Source: a virus
Taxonomy: Duplodnaviria > Heunggongvirae > Uroviricota > Caudoviricetes
IMG/VR virus record: IMGVR_UViG_3300025649_000002
Span: 1-64,000 of that record
Direction: 5' to 3' (one strand)
DNA length: 64,000 nucleotides
Shown: in pieces, positions 1 through 9,384 of the stretch
How the letters are laid out: the number at the start of each line of letters is the position of its first letter
How positions within the stretch are numbered: position 1 is the first letter of the stretch
The notes under the pieces: model-generated
What the model saw: only the letters and a program-made list of their open reading frames with translations
What the model was told of the DNA's origin: nothing
Database searches by the model: none
Translations under genes and position numbers: made by a program

Positions 1-53
1 AGCAATTTTATTTTAAAGTTGGTAATCTAAGGGGATATACGTTAACTTTTTGT

Positions 54-335
54 GTGGGTAGTAGTACTATAAATGTTTATGATGGAACTACGTGGGTTGA
101 AGTTTTTAGTTTTACTAATATATTTATAAATAAATGGGTATATATATGGTTTGATGTTTCGGCTCTTAAGGCAGAACTTTCTGTTTGGTGGTGGGGTAAA
201 AGTGGTGCTACTGTAGTATCAGATATTGATTTATGGGAAACTAGTCCGGATATTTGGATAAGAATAGGTCAGAAATCCCCTGCTATTGATACTCATACAA
301 CATATATTGATGCTATTACAATATCAAGAGTATAA
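54..335 (+). CDS. hypothetical protein, member A of a tandem paralog pair
   Basis: ORF track; shares motifs VYDGTTWVEV / SDIDLWE / THTTYIDAI with ORF 583..990. Confidence 0.4.
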   Translation: MGSSTINVYDGTTWVEVFSFTNIFINKWVYIWFDVSALKAELSVWWWGKSGATVVSDIDLWETSPDIWIRIGQKSPAIDTHTTYIDAITISRV

Positions 336-582
336 ATTCTGACTAGAGAAATAATTGAATGATATCAGAAAAAAATAAGAGGAGCAGGTTTTCTAAATGA
401 ATTATTCTATGATCCAGGAACCTTGTGGAATTGGTGGCCTATATCACCAGCACCTAATGTGGTTACTGGAAACAATTCGAATCCTACCGGTCCATCGTTT
501 GACAGCACATCATGTATAAGATTAACTTCTAGTACTGATAATGCAACTGCTTTTAGACATACTTCATGGAGTGGGTCGGTAA

Positions 583-990
583 ATGGGTTTTTATCCAGAT
601 AACTATAGTGTACAACTAGTTATATATTGTCCTGATGCAAATGATCTCAATATTCCCGACGAGCAATTTCAATTTATATTAACTAATCCTAATGGATATA
701 CATTATGGTTTACAATATCTGCGAATTATTTATATGTTTATAATGGGACTACTTGGGTTGAAATTGATAATAGAGACTTTACAAGTAATTGGAAATTAAT
801 AACTTGGACTGTTAAGGGACTTAAAGCAGATTATGGTCTTTGGTGGTTTGGAGAAACTGCTTCAGTTACAGATATTGATCTCTATACTGACCTTGGTAAT
901 GTAAATTATATGACTATTATTCAAAAACCTCCGATTACTGGAACGCATAATACATATATTGATAGTTTAAATGTAAAAAGAAAAATTTAG
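583..990 (+). CDS. hypothetical protein, paralog of 54..335
   Basis: Shared motifs VYNGTTWVEI, TDIDLYTD, THNTYIDSL; in-frame TAA immediately upstream of ATG. Confidence 0.5.
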   Translation: MGFYPDNYSVQLVIYCPDANDLNIPDEQFQFILTNPNGYTLWFTISANYLYVYNGTTWVEIDNRDFTSNWKLITWTVKGLKADYGLWWFGETASVTDIDLYTDLGNVNYMTIIQKPPITGTHNTYIDSLNVKRKI

Positions 991-1002
991 TAGGAGAAAA
1001 AT

Positions 1003-1371
1003 ATGAAACTTTATTGTCTTATAGAAAATGATGCAATAACAGATGGACCTAGACCAATACCATCTGGATGGAAAAATATTTCTGGTCTAGATTGTTTATC
1101 AGATGCAACATTAAAAACTCATGGTTGGTTACCTATGACACAAACAACTCCAACTTTTGATTCAGCAACACAAAAACTCGGGGAACCTATTTTAGATAGT
1201 ATTGGAGAAGATGAAGTTGTATATACGAGAAATATAATTACAATTACAGATGAAGAAAGAATTAAAACTAAAATTTCACAAATTGTAGCGGCCGAATATG
1301 ATGCTAATAGAGTTTCTGCTATTGAAGATTTAAAAACAGATGGAGTACTTGCACCTGATTACGTAGATTAA
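1003..1371 (+). CDS. hypothetical protein
   Basis: ORF with GGAG RBS 6 nt upstream. Confidence 0.4.
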   Translation: MKLYCLIENDAITDGPRPIPSGWKNISGLDCLSDATLKTHGWLPMTQTTPTFDSATQKLGEPILDSIGEDEVVYTRNIITITDEERIKTKISQIVAAEYDANRVSAIEDLKTDGVLAPDYVD

Positions 1372-1383
1372 TTTTATAATATT

Positions 1384-1401
1384 TAGAACAAATGATAAAG
1401 G
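1384..1401 (+). promoter_or_regulatory. conserved TAGAACAAAT(G)ATAAA promoter-like motif upstream of 1455 gene
   Basis: Motif recurs upstream of about 16 genes. Confidence 0.4.
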
Positions 1402-1454
1402 ACAAAAATAATTGAATATAACATTATATCACTATAGAAATTAAAGGAGATAAC

Positions 1455-2069
1455 ATGTCAGAAAAGTCAATATTGGAAAAATACAATGATAAGATGAACG
1501 AGTTGAAGAATGAAGAAAAAAATACTGATAATACTACAAGAGATAAAATATTTCAAATTAGTATTGCATTAACTGAATTAACAAATTGGATACAAACAAA
1601 AGATGTAGATGTTCCTGTAGAAGTATCATATTGGAAAAGCATGAACAATAACGTTATTAAAAATGAAGTTGAAGCAATAAAATCTGTTATTGATCCTCCT
1701 GCATCGTTTACTGAATTCACTACAAAAAGAGAAGATATTGCTAAAATTCATTGTCAGCAAAAAGATGGAATGCCTGATTTAATAATGGCACCTAATGGAG
1801 CACAACAATATCAATTTTCAGAAGAAGGCGGACTTGAATTCAAAACTGCTGTTGAGAAATTGGAAATTGAATATAAAGAAACTCTTGAAGAAATGCAACA
1901 GAGAGAACCATTGCTTATTGAGTTTTTAGAAAAAGATGTTCCAAGACCTAAATATTGTAAACTCAACTTAAATGATGTTGGTAAAAATATTTCATTAGAT
2001 CCTTGGTTTGATTTATTTTATAATGAAGGTCTTTTGAATGATAATGAATTAAAGGGAGATATTAATTAA
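1455..2069 (+). CDS. hypothetical protein
   Basis: ORF with AAGGAG RBS; 204 aa. Confidence 0.5.
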   Translation: MSEKSILEKYNDKMNELKNEEKNTDNTTRDKIFQISIALTELTNWIQTKDVDVPVEVSYWKSMNNNVIKNEVEAIKSVIDPPASFTEFTTKREDIAKIHCQQKDGMPDLIMAPNGAQQYQFSEEGGLEFKTAVEKLEIEYKETLEEMQQREPLLIEFLEKDVPRPKYCKLNLNDVGKNISLDPWFDLFYNEGLLNDNELKGDIN

Positions 2070-2090
2070 TAAATAAAGGAAATATTCAAT

Positions 2091-2303
2091 ATGGAACAAA
2101 AAACTATTGATAATAATTTTACATATCATACACCCACTGATAAAACTATTCCTTTATTCGAGACAATTCGTAATGATGGAAAAAATTTTGCAACAATAAT
2201 CATGAAACTATGTCCTGAATCACGAGAGAAATCAATTGCCCTTAGAAAACTTGAAGAAGCAGTTATGTGGGCAAATGCATCAATTGCTAGGAATAAACCA
2301 TGA
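2091..2303 (+). CDS. hypothetical protein
   Basis: ORF track, AAGGAA RBS. Confidence 0.35.
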   Translation: MEQKTIDNNFTYHTPTDKTIPLFETIRNDGKNFATIIMKLCPESREKSIALRKLEEAVMWANASIARNKP

Positions 2304-2548
2304 CAAATATTCTTGTAACGTGGGTTGTATATGTATGGGTAACTGTAGCATGTCCAGACTTCACTAGAGATGTTTATACTGACCAAATTAAAACTCAGTA
2401 TAATAAAGAATGTGTAGCAGGATCTGGCGATTATGTGAAGAAAGAAATGTCTAAAGAATTTAAGTCAATGATTGAAGCAAAGAAATTTGTAAATGATTCT
2501 CCAAAAGATTATGATTTTAAATTTGAGAGAGTTGAGAATAAAGAATAA
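2300..2548 (+). CDS. hypothetical protein
   Basis: ORF track, start overlaps upstream stop (ATGA). Confidence 0.35.
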   Translation: MTNILVTWVVYVWVTVACPDFTRDVYTDQIKTQYNKECVAGSGDYVKKEMSKEFKSMIEAKKFVNDSPKDYDFKFERVENKE

Positions 2549-2563
2549 TAAAAGGAGAGACAA

Positions 2564-2941
2564 ATGAAATATATTATATTGTTTTTATTATGTATAACTT
2601 TAATATTTACAATTAATAATCCGAGTTATGCACAAGAAGAAGAAAGACCGGATGATGAGATATATGGATATGTCGGTCAACCAGATAAAGCGAATCCTGT
2701 TCAAGATGTAGATCTTAACCTTTATAAACTTTATTGTTTAGAAGAAATATTAATTGATAATAATAGTATTCAGTCATTACGAATTATAAATGAAGTATTG
2801 ATTGATAATGCTACTACTGATGTTGATGGCGAATATAGTTTTCCAAACCTTCCAAAAGGAACATATATTATAATTCCTTTTTTAATGAACACTAGATTCT
2901 TTCCTGTGAGAGCTGAAGTAGAAGTTCCAGAGGTTAAATGA
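2564..2941 (+). CDS. secreted protein with carboxypeptidase-regulatory-like / Cna-B-like motif
   Basis: N-terminal signal peptide MKYIILFLLCITLIFTINNPSYAQ; motif DGEYSFPNLPKGTYII; AAGGAG RBS. Confidence 0.45.
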   Translation: MKYIILFLLCITLIFTINNPSYAQEEERPDDEIYGYVGQPDKANPVQDVDLNLYKLYCLEEILIDNNSIQSLRIINEVLIDNATTDVDGEYSFPNLPKGTYIIIPFLMNTRFFPVRAEVEVPEVK

Positions 2942-3297
2942 ATACATGGTTAGAGAAAAAGGTATGTACCATAAATGATGGTCAATCAAATCATTATGGT
3001 TTAATTATTGAATGTTCTACATTAGAGGAAAATGATATAGAATCTCTTCCACATGATTGGGAAAACAATGATGCATCTGTAAAAGTGTGGAAAGAAAGAC
3101 ATGAAGGAATAAATTTTGCTAAACTGAATCATTATCATTCAATTCGTATGATGGAAGTATTAGAAGACGGATCATGTAAAAAAATGTATTATAATATTCC
3201 TACCGAAAAATTTTCAATTGTATATATAGAAACTGAGGAACAAGAAATTATATTATTCAAACTTATGCATAACTTGAGGATTGAAAATGGTAATTAA
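2938..3297 (+). CDS. hypothetical protein
   Basis: ORF track, translationally coupled. Confidence 0.4.
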   Translation: MNTWLEKKVCTINDGQSNHYGLIIECSTLEENDIESLPHDWENNDASVKVWKERHEGINFAKLNHYHSIRMMEVLEDGSCKKMYYNIPTEKFSIVYIETEEQEIILFKLMHNLRIENGN

Positions 3298-3466
3298 AAT
3301 AGGCGATATTGTATATGATAATAAAGATGTGCCAATGATGATTATCCTAACGAAAAAGGATAAAGAGAATATTAGAAGTATGCATCCTGCCGCATTTAAA
3401 TATTGTCAGTTTGAGGAAGAAAAATTTACTGAGGATGAAATTCGTGCGTGGATGAAGGAAATATAA
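3281..3466 (+). CDS. hypothetical protein
   Basis: ORF track. Confidence 0.35.
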   Translation: MKMVIKIGDIVYDNKDVPMMIILTKKDKENIRSMHPAAFKYCQFEEEKFTEDEIRAWMKEI

Positions 3467-3467
3467 T

Positions 3468-3683
3468 ATGAGTTTATGGAGCAATGAGATTCAAATAGGC
3501 GAAGTTGTAACAATGCTTCAAGGAAAACATATTTCGGGTTTAAGACATCGAAAGAATCATAATGCGGAAGTTGTTCATATAGATGGTGCTTATATTCTTG
3601 TTCGACCAATGTGGTTAAACAAAGATAGACTTATTGAATTTTACCCTAATGAATTGAAAAGTCTCGGGAGATTTATGAAATGA
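3468..3683 (+). CDS. hypothetical protein
   Basis: ORF track. Confidence 0.35.
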   Translation: MSLWSNEIQIGEVVTMLQGKHISGLRHRKNHNAEVVHIDGAYILVRPMWLNKDRLIEFYPNELKSLGRFMK

Positions 3684-4000
3684 TTATATTGAATGCTGAA
3701 AATTACGATTATTGTGTTAGTCATGGTAAAACGGTACTTTATGTTTGGGCGACATGGTGTGCACCTTGTAAATTTATGAGTGTATACATGCAAGAGATTA
3801 CCGATGAAATATCTGACTCTATAGTATTAATGAAATGTGATGCAGATGATGAAATTTGTTCAAAACTCATGTCTAAATTTGATATTAAAGGTGTGCCGAC
3901 TTTGTTATTCTTTGAAAAAGGTAAAGTTGTAAAACAATTATCTGGAGGGATGACTAAGGATCGTATCATAAAAGAGATTAAAGATGTTTGGTCTGAATAA
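3680..4000 (+). CDS. thioredoxin
   Basis: Active site WATWCAPCK (WCxPC), about 106 aa, thioredoxin fold length. Confidence 0.75.
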   Translation: MIILNAENYDYCVSHGKTVLYVWATWCAPCKFMSVYMQEITDEISDSIVLMKCDADDEICSKLMSKFDIKGVPTLLFFEKGKVVKQLSGGMTKDRIIKEIKDVWSE

Positions 4001-4358
4001 ATTAAAAAAATATATTGCAGATTGTAAGAGAAAGAAAATTTATGAATCTGTAAAACATAGAGTTAGTAATAGACATTGGGATCGAACGTGTATTTTTTGT
4101 GGAAAAAGAGATAACGCTGTAAGAAAAGAAGTATATGATAAATCAGTATATAAAGGTGAATTTCCTAGAACTTTTTATTATCATCATTCTTTTCATCCTA
4201 AATGTTTATTAGATGTTTTGGCGAATCAATGTAAACATAGTGAAGATAAAATTTATAAAGCAATGCAATTAATTAATACTGATTATTTTAAAAGAATAAA
4301 TGCTAAAGTAACTGCAAGAAATTTTAAAACACTACTGAAAGATTTAGATACAATATAA
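3984..4358 (+). CDS. hypothetical Cys/His-rich (zinc-binding?) protein
   Basis: CIFCGK...HHSFHPKC...CKH pattern. Confidence 0.35.
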   Translation: MFGLNKLKKYIADCKRKKIYESVKHRVSNRHWDRTCIFCGKRDNAVRKEVYDKSVYKGEFPRTFYYHHSFHPKCLLDVLANQCKHSEDKIYKAMQLINTDYFKRINAKVTARNFKTLLKDLDTI

Positions 4359-4434
4359 TCGTTTTCGGGAAATAGAAAGGTCTTGGCGATTCAACATAAA
4401 AAGTACTTCTAATGAAGTACTAAAGAGGTGTCAT

Positions 4435-4644
4435 ATGTTTGAAATTGACGAAAAATATACAGTTAAAATTTTAAAATGGGTAAATGAACATAATGAAAAT
4501 TGTCCATTTGAAGATCCCGACAAAGTAGGTGCGATTGGTGGGAGATTTACATATTGTTTTACACCCACTTCATTAGGATGTATTGTAGTAATAAAATGTG
4601 CATGTGGTGAAGAATTAAATTTAACTAATATAGATGATTGGTAA
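4435..4644 (+). CDS. small Cys-rich protein
   Basis: ORF preceded by 8-bp hairpin AGTACTTC-TAAT-GAAGTACT at 4407..4426 and AGAGGTG RBS. Confidence 0.3.
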   Translation: MFEIDEKYTVKILKWVNEHNENCPFEDPDKVGAIGGRFTYCFTPTSLGCIVVIKCACGEELNLTNIDDW

Positions 4645-4671
4645 ATTAATATAATATTATAGGAGACAAAA

Positions 4672-5001
4672 ATGAAATTGTTTGAACCAACACAGAATTT
4701 GATGATAGTGAAAATTATTCCACAGGAAATGAAATCAGAAGGTGGTATTCATTTGATTGCAGGTGCTCAACCATTGAGTCCACTTGTTAAAGCAGAAGTA
4801 TTGGCAGTCGGACCTGGATATATGCAACCAGATGGTTCATTTATTAAAATGAGAATTATAGTAGGCGATAGTGTTACATTCATTCATGGTGGCCTTGTAA
4901 TTGAAACAAATGCAGAAGGCGAATACAGAATCATGAAGGAAGAAGAAATCATTGGCGTTTACAAAGATGATACTACTGTACCTTCTATTGGAAAAGTATA
5001 A
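4672..5001 (+). CDS. groES: GroES-like co-chaperonin (Cpn10)
   Basis: Motifs KSEGGIHL, AEVLAVGPG, VGDSVTF, EYRIMKEEEIIGV align with the GroES family; about 100 aa. Confidence 0.65.
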   Translation: MKLFEPTQNLMIVKIIPQEMKSEGGIHLIAGAQPLSPLVKAEVLAVGPGYMQPDGSFIKMRIIVGDSVTFIHGGLVIETNAEGEYRIMKEEEIIGVYKDDTTVPSIGKV

Positions 5002-5137
5002 ATACTAATGGTTGATAAAGATGTAACTACAACTATACTCGAAACTCATGATGATTATTTCATTGCAGAAGTAGACAATGGAGAAAATAAATGGAGAGTT
5101 CGTGTGAATGATATTTCAAAATTAATGGAAAAAGTAA

Positions 5138-5434
5138 ATGTCCAAAATTGAATTCTATAAAAAGAATTGGAAGATGGGCATACATTTAGTATTTAAAACA
5201 AAAAGATTCGGGGTTAATAATCGGTGGTGGTCGGATTTTGATTCAATGTTTACATGGTCATGGAGACAAAGAATTATAGCGATCATCACTATACGCCCAT
5301 TCATAGAGAATTTAAAACTTATACATTTTCGTGCAGTTGCATGTCATTTTATGACAGATGAAGAAAAGAAAATTGTCGGTTGGTATAAAACAACCCCTTG
5401 GTGGACTAAAATAAATGGACGGTACTTACAATAA
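5138..5434 (+). CDS. hypothetical protein
   Basis: ORF track. Confidence 0.3.
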   Translation: MSKIEFYKKNWKMGIHLVFKTKRFGVNNRWWSDFDSMFTWSWRQRIIAIITIRPFIENLKLIHFRAVACHFMTDEEKKIVGWYKTTPWWTKINGRYLQ

Positions 5435-5536
5435 AAAATTGATAAATCAAGTTCGAGAAATATCTGCAAAGGATATAGAATTATTTGGATATGATTTTGA
5501 TGAACATGAAAAATAACCAAAAAAAGGAGATAATAT

Positions 5537-6040
5537 ATGACTGACAAAGAAGCAATAGAATGGATTGAAAATGGTTATTTTGTAATTGCTAATAATAAAT
5601 TGTATGCTGTCAACTCATCTTCTAAGATGATTAAACATGCAGAAAAAATAAAATTTATGAGTGAATTTTGTGAGTGGGAAGATCGTGATAAACCAGAAGA
5701 ACATGAAAAATTGAAAAAACGTTTTCCTAATCATTCAGTAAGAATGATAGATGATACTAGGGTCAATGTAAATATAAGAGATCTTATAGTACCTCTACAA
5801 GAGGAGGAACAAAAAATGATAAAACCATCGGTCATTGTTGTTGATAAATTAACATACAATGATATAGTTGATGAGAAATTAAGAATTCTTATAAAAACAC
5901 TTGATGGTATGGCACAATCAAGAGGATATTTATCTGCAATAAAAACTGTTGAAACACCAACAGGATTGATTAAGAATACCGAGCGTGATTATGTAGATGC
6001 AATTCATCAGATTGCATCATTTTTCAAAAATAATGAATAA
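5537..6040 (+). CDS. hypothetical protein
   Basis: ORF with AAGGAG RBS. Confidence 0.45.
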   Translation: MTDKEAIEWIENGYFVIANNKLYAVNSSSKMIKHAEKIKFMSEFCEWEDRDKPEEHEKLKKRFPNHSVRMIDDTRVNVNIRDLIVPLQEEEQKMIKPSVIVVDKLTYNDIVDEKLRILIKTLDGMAQSRGYLSAIKTVETPTGLIKNTERDYVDAIHQIASFFKNNE

Positions 6041-6058
6041 TAATTAAAGGGAGTAATA

Positions 6059-6286
6059 ATGAAACAGACTTATTCGATGGTTGAGTGGGATAGTGTAAAA
6101 GAATTTGAAGATTTAAAAGTAGTTATTAAGGCAGTACATGGAACTCTTGGTTTTTCAAAAGAGAATATGTTTTATGATGAATTAAAGAAAAGAAGTTTGT
6201 TAGGTGAGGAACAAACTGTTGATGTACCAGATCAACCAGTTGATGTGCCAATTCCACCTGCGCCTGCTGTAGCAAAAGAAGAATAA
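6059..6286 (+). CDS. hypothetical protein
   Basis: ORF with AAGGGAG RBS. Confidence 0.35.
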   Translation: MKQTYSMVEWDSVKEFEDLKVVIKAVHGTLGFSKENMFYDELKKRSLLGEEQTVDVPDQPVDVPIPPAPAVAKEE

Positions 6287-6296
6287 AAAAATGGGT

Positions 6297-6321
6297 GGGG
6301 GAATTAATTTTCCCCCATTCC
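6297..6321. terminator. bidirectional intrinsic terminator between convergent genes
   Basis: Stem GGGGGAA/TTCCCCC with 6-nt loop, A-run upstream and T-run downstream. Confidence 0.55.
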
Positions 6322-6325
6322 ATTT

Positions 6326-6778
6326 TTAATGTATCGTCTGATCTTTTTCATCTACTCTGAGTCGTTCTTCTTGACATTCAGGACAGTTACATTCATTTTT
6401 ATTAGGATTCATTTTATTAAGCATACGTGCCATTTGTTCCCCTAATTCAGGGGGCAATTTTAAATCAATATTCTTATCGCCCATACCCATATCCCGAAAC
6501 ATTTCTACTAACTTCTTTCCTATTTCAGGAGGAAGTTCTATTCCTTTTTTCATAGATTTCATCAATAGAATTTCTTTAGGAAACAAAACAATAAACACTG
6601 CAATTATTCTGAAATCTGTTTCCTTAAGAAGAGGTTCTAACTTATTAATGAAATTAATTTCCTCTCCCGGTGATGTATCTGCAAATTTTTCCAACTTCTG
6701 TCGAAATTCAAAATATTCATCTTCATTGACTCCACTTAATTTAAGTAATGCATTTAAATCATTAAATCGATTATCCAC
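6326..6778 (-). CDS. hypothetical protein with C-terminal CxC..CPEC motif
   Basis: ORF track; first gene of a 3-gene minus-strand island. Confidence 0.45.
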   Translation of the reverse strand: MDNRFNDLNALLKLSGVNEDEYFEFRQKLEKFADTSPGEEINFINKLEPLLKETDFRIIAVFIVLFPKEILLMKSMKKGIELPPEIGKKLVEMFRDMGMGDKNIDLKLPPELGEQMARMLNKMNPNKNECNCPECQEERLRVDEKDQTIH

Positions 6779-6806
6779 GGATTCCTCCTCTAAAAGATTA
6801 ATAATG

Positions 6807-7031
6807 TTAACTTCGTTTTATTTTAAGTAAACTTCCTCTTGCAATTCCTCGTATATATTCTCGTTCGCCATTACTACCCCACGCTTGATGATATGGAATC
6901 ATACTTCCATGAGATTCTACTCTCGGCAAATTCCATTTTTCAATAGTTTCTAAAGCCTCTATCATTGATTCATATTGTGCCTTCATTACTTTGTATTCTT
7001 TTTTCATTTTACGTCGTTTTACACTTTTCAT
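6807..7031 (-). CDS. hypothetical protein
   Basis: ORF track. Confidence 0.35.
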   Translation of the reverse strand: MKSVKRRKMKKEYKVMKAQYESMIEALETIEKWNLPRVESHGSMIPYHQAWGSNGEREYIRGIARGSLLKIKRS

Positions 7032-7037
7032 TTGATT

Positions 7038-7247
7038 CTAACTCCGATTTGGATGATTGATTGTAAGAACACATATTAGTGAAATAATAATAAATATTCC
7101 CCCAACGATAAAACTTGCAGTTGGTATTTGTGGTATATCATCACGTGCTAAAAAACCATATATTAGACATGTCATTCCAATTCCAAGCATAACATGATAT
7201 GCATCTCGGAAGTCTCTATAATGTTTCATAACTTTCATAACTTTCAT
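7038..7247 (-). CDS. small membrane protein
   Basis: Two hydrophobic segments. Confidence 0.35.
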   Translation of the reverse strand: MKVMKVMKHYRDFRDAYHVMLGIGMTCLIYGFLARDDIPQIPTASFIVGGIFIIISLICVLTINHPNRS

Positions 7248-7321
7248 ATTTTTTCTCCAATTAAAATTAGTTGTAAATGATGTATCACTTATTTATATAT
7301 ATAGATGTTTTTTTCCATAAA

Positions 7322-7337
7322 TAGAACAAATAAATAG
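7322..7337 (+). promoter_or_regulatory. TAGAACAAATAAATAG promoter-like motif
   Basis: Member of the conserved motif family. Confidence 0.35.
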
Positions 7338-7413
7338 TAGTGCCTACCGCAACCCTAACTGTCTTTAAATAATAGGGATTTAGACAGTATCCCGTAATAA
7401 AGGAGAAGTGATT

Positions 7414-8298
7414 ATGGTATATCAAAATAAGTTTGTCGCAGTAGTAAAATGTAATAAAAAAATCCTGAGAGAACAGGGAGAATATGTAACATTGCCATTT
7501 GGATGTGAATATTCTTTACTGTTGAAAAATATGAATTCTCAAAGGGCATCCGTCAGTATTCAAATTGACGGTCAGGAAGTATTAAAAAACCATACTCTAA
7601 TTGTCGATGGTAATTCAGAGGTGGAAATTGAAAGATTTATTGATAGTCTTTCAGAAGGAAATCGATTCAAATTTATTGAGAAAACAAATCAAATAAGTGA
7701 GCATAGAGGTGATAAGATTGATGATGGATTTATTAGAATAGAAGTCAAGTATGAAAAACAAATTGAAGCATGGACGACTATTCATAATACTGTAGAACAT
7801 CATGATTATCATTGGTATCCTGTAACTCCTCGTGGTAGACGTTCATCTGACATGTGGGGAAATCCGTTTGAATATACAACATCTAATAATATTCTGATAG
7901 GATCATCAACCAATTGTTGTGATACTACACCAAGGGCGAAATCGGGTATCGATAATATGTCAAACGTATCTTCATATCATTCATCAGTTGAACCTAATGA
8001 ATCACGGAAAACATTATTGGATGAGATGTCAATGGGTGAAATGCCAATAATGGATGAAGGTATTACGGTTCCTGGTTCACATTCAGATCAATCATTTTCT
8101 TTAGGTACAATTGGAGAATTGGAAAGTGTTTCTACTGTTGTAATTATTCGTCTTCGTGGTACTGTGCCTAATTCAAAAATGAAGGTGAAGAAACCTGTAA
8201 CAGTAAAAACTAAACTGAAATGTGTAACATGTGGATATACATCAAGATCATCTGCAAAATTTTGTAATAAATGTGGCACTGCATTACAAATAATCTAA
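7414..8298 (+). CDS. hypothetical protein with C-terminal zinc ribbon
   Basis: ATG at 7414 with AAGGAG RBS (track used GTG 7408); C-terminal CVTCGY...CNKCG. Confidence 0.5.
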   Translation: MVYQNKFVAVVKCNKKILREQGEYVTLPFGCEYSLLLKNMNSQRASVSIQIDGQEVLKNHTLIVDGNSEVEIERFIDSLSEGNRFKFIEKTNQISEHRGDKIDDGFIRIEVKYEKQIEAWTTIHNTVEHHDYHWYPVTPRGRRSSDMWGNPFEYTTSNNILIGSSTNCCDTTPRAKSGIDNMSNVSSYHSSVEPNESRKTLLDEMSMGEMPIMDEGITVPGSHSDQSFSLGTIGELESVSTVVIIRLRGTVPNSKMKVKKPVTVKTKLKCVTCGYTSRSSAKFCNKCGTALQII

Positions 8299-8322
8299 AC
8301 AAAAAAACGGTGGGTAAATTAT

Positions 8323-8362
8323 AAGGGACATGTAGATAATAGTTATCCACATGTCCCTTTTT
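8323..8362 (+). terminator. intrinsic terminator
   Basis: Perfect 11-bp stem AAGGGACATGT/ACATGTCCCTT followed by TTTTT. Confidence 0.6.
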
Positions 8363-8370
8363 AATGAACT

Positions 8371-8460
8371 GGAGTTGAGGACTCGAACCCCAGTACTTCC
8401 GTCGAAGTGACACCACGCCCTTCCTCTGGAATCGAACTAGATTTCCCATCCCGGCCCCAG
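8371..8460 (-). other. tRNA-like fragment(s): canonical T-arm plus 3' acceptor half, second T-loop-like motif upstream
   Basis: Minus strand reads ...CTGGGGTTCGAGTCCTCAACTCCAG and ...TCTAGTTCGATTCCAGAGG; no complete cloverleaf could be folded by eye. Confidence 0.3.
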
Positions 8461-8480
8461 TTCAAATTCATATATCTAGT

Positions 8481-8945
8481 TTACTGTCGAGTTTGTTGTG
8501 CATCCTCAAATGTCTGATAAATCTTTTGACACTCATCATATTCCTCTTTCAACATTTTTTCATGGTCACCCTTTGAATAAACCGGATGGCCCGGAGTATT
8601 ACTTAAACTAACACATGTAGAAACGTTGAAGTATGGGAATGGTATCAGATTTATATAAGGACATTTTTCGGGTTCGAATACAATTCCACATTCCCTTGCA
8701 ACAAGTTCCGCTTTAGGAATACTAACTAAACCCCATTTCAAATCTTGCCAATTTACTACTGCCATTTTGTACAATGCATTGGCATCCGTGTCAGGAATGA
8801 AATGGGTATACTCCAATTTAGAATAAAACAAATGACTTCCTATTCTTATTCCCATTGGAGCTATAAATGTAATATTATCAATATCATTGACCATATCCAT
8901 TATATCTTTATCACCGCATTTTTCAATTGGGTCATGTTGTTCCAT
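8481..8945 (-). CDS. hypothetical protein
   Basis: ORF track; member of a 4-gene minus-strand island. Confidence 0.4.
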   Translation of the reverse strand: MEQHDPIEKCGDKDIMDMVNDIDNITFIAPMGIRIGSHLFYSKLEYTHFIPDTDANALYKMAVVNWQDLKWGLVSIPKAELVARECGIVFEPEKCPYINLIPFPYFNVSTCVSLSNTPGHPVYSKGDHEKMLKEEYDECQKIYQTFEDAQQTRQ

Positions 8946-9331
8946 GTAAAATCTGCCTCCTTATCTGGATCAGGTTTATTTGGTTCGATATTAATCGTTT
9001 TAAAATTTTTAGATGGGGGTGTCCATTCTAACGCTTCAGTTGAAATTTCATTACAAACAACAATAAAACGATATGTTTTATCCACTTTGAAAATATCTTT
9101 ATAAAGTGTTAAATGATTTTCATTACATCTATACATTGAACCAAGTTCGCCTTCAGTTTTAATGTATACTTGATGAGCACCATTACAACAATCCCATGCA
9201 AATTTACCATAATTTTCTTTTTCTTTTTCAGGTTTATTTGCAAACCATATAAATGTACCTATTACCAAAATCATCAAACAGATTGAAATTATTTTTGACA
9301 CACCTCCTCCTCCTATTACAATCACCCTCAC
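8900..9331 (-). CDS. membrane-anchored hypothetical protein
   Basis: N-terminal TM helix. Confidence 0.4.
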   Translation of the reverse strand: MRVIVIGGGGVSKIISICLMILVIGTFIWFANKPEKEKENYGKFAWDCCNGAHQVYIKTEGELGSMYRCNENHLTLYKDIFKVDKTYRFIVVCNEISTEALEWTPPSKNFKTINIEPNKPDPDKEADFTWNNMTQLKNAVIKI

Positions 9332-9384
9332 AACAACAGACGGTTACCTCAGTGAACATTTTTAATTAATATGATACATATTAT

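Noticed and set aside
8210-8449. 79-aa minus-strand ORF over the terminator/tRNA-like region
   Set aside because: Overlaps a strong terminator hairpin and the tRNA-like element; no RBS.
8371-8460. Complete tRNA gene
   Set aside because: Only a T-arm and 3' acceptor half fold cleanly; no matching 5' acceptor strand, D-arm or anticodon arm could be placed, so it is kept as a fragment.
8323-8460. attP site with integrase
   Set aside because: No tyrosine/serine recombinase visible in this window; the attP idea is kept only as a low-confidence note.
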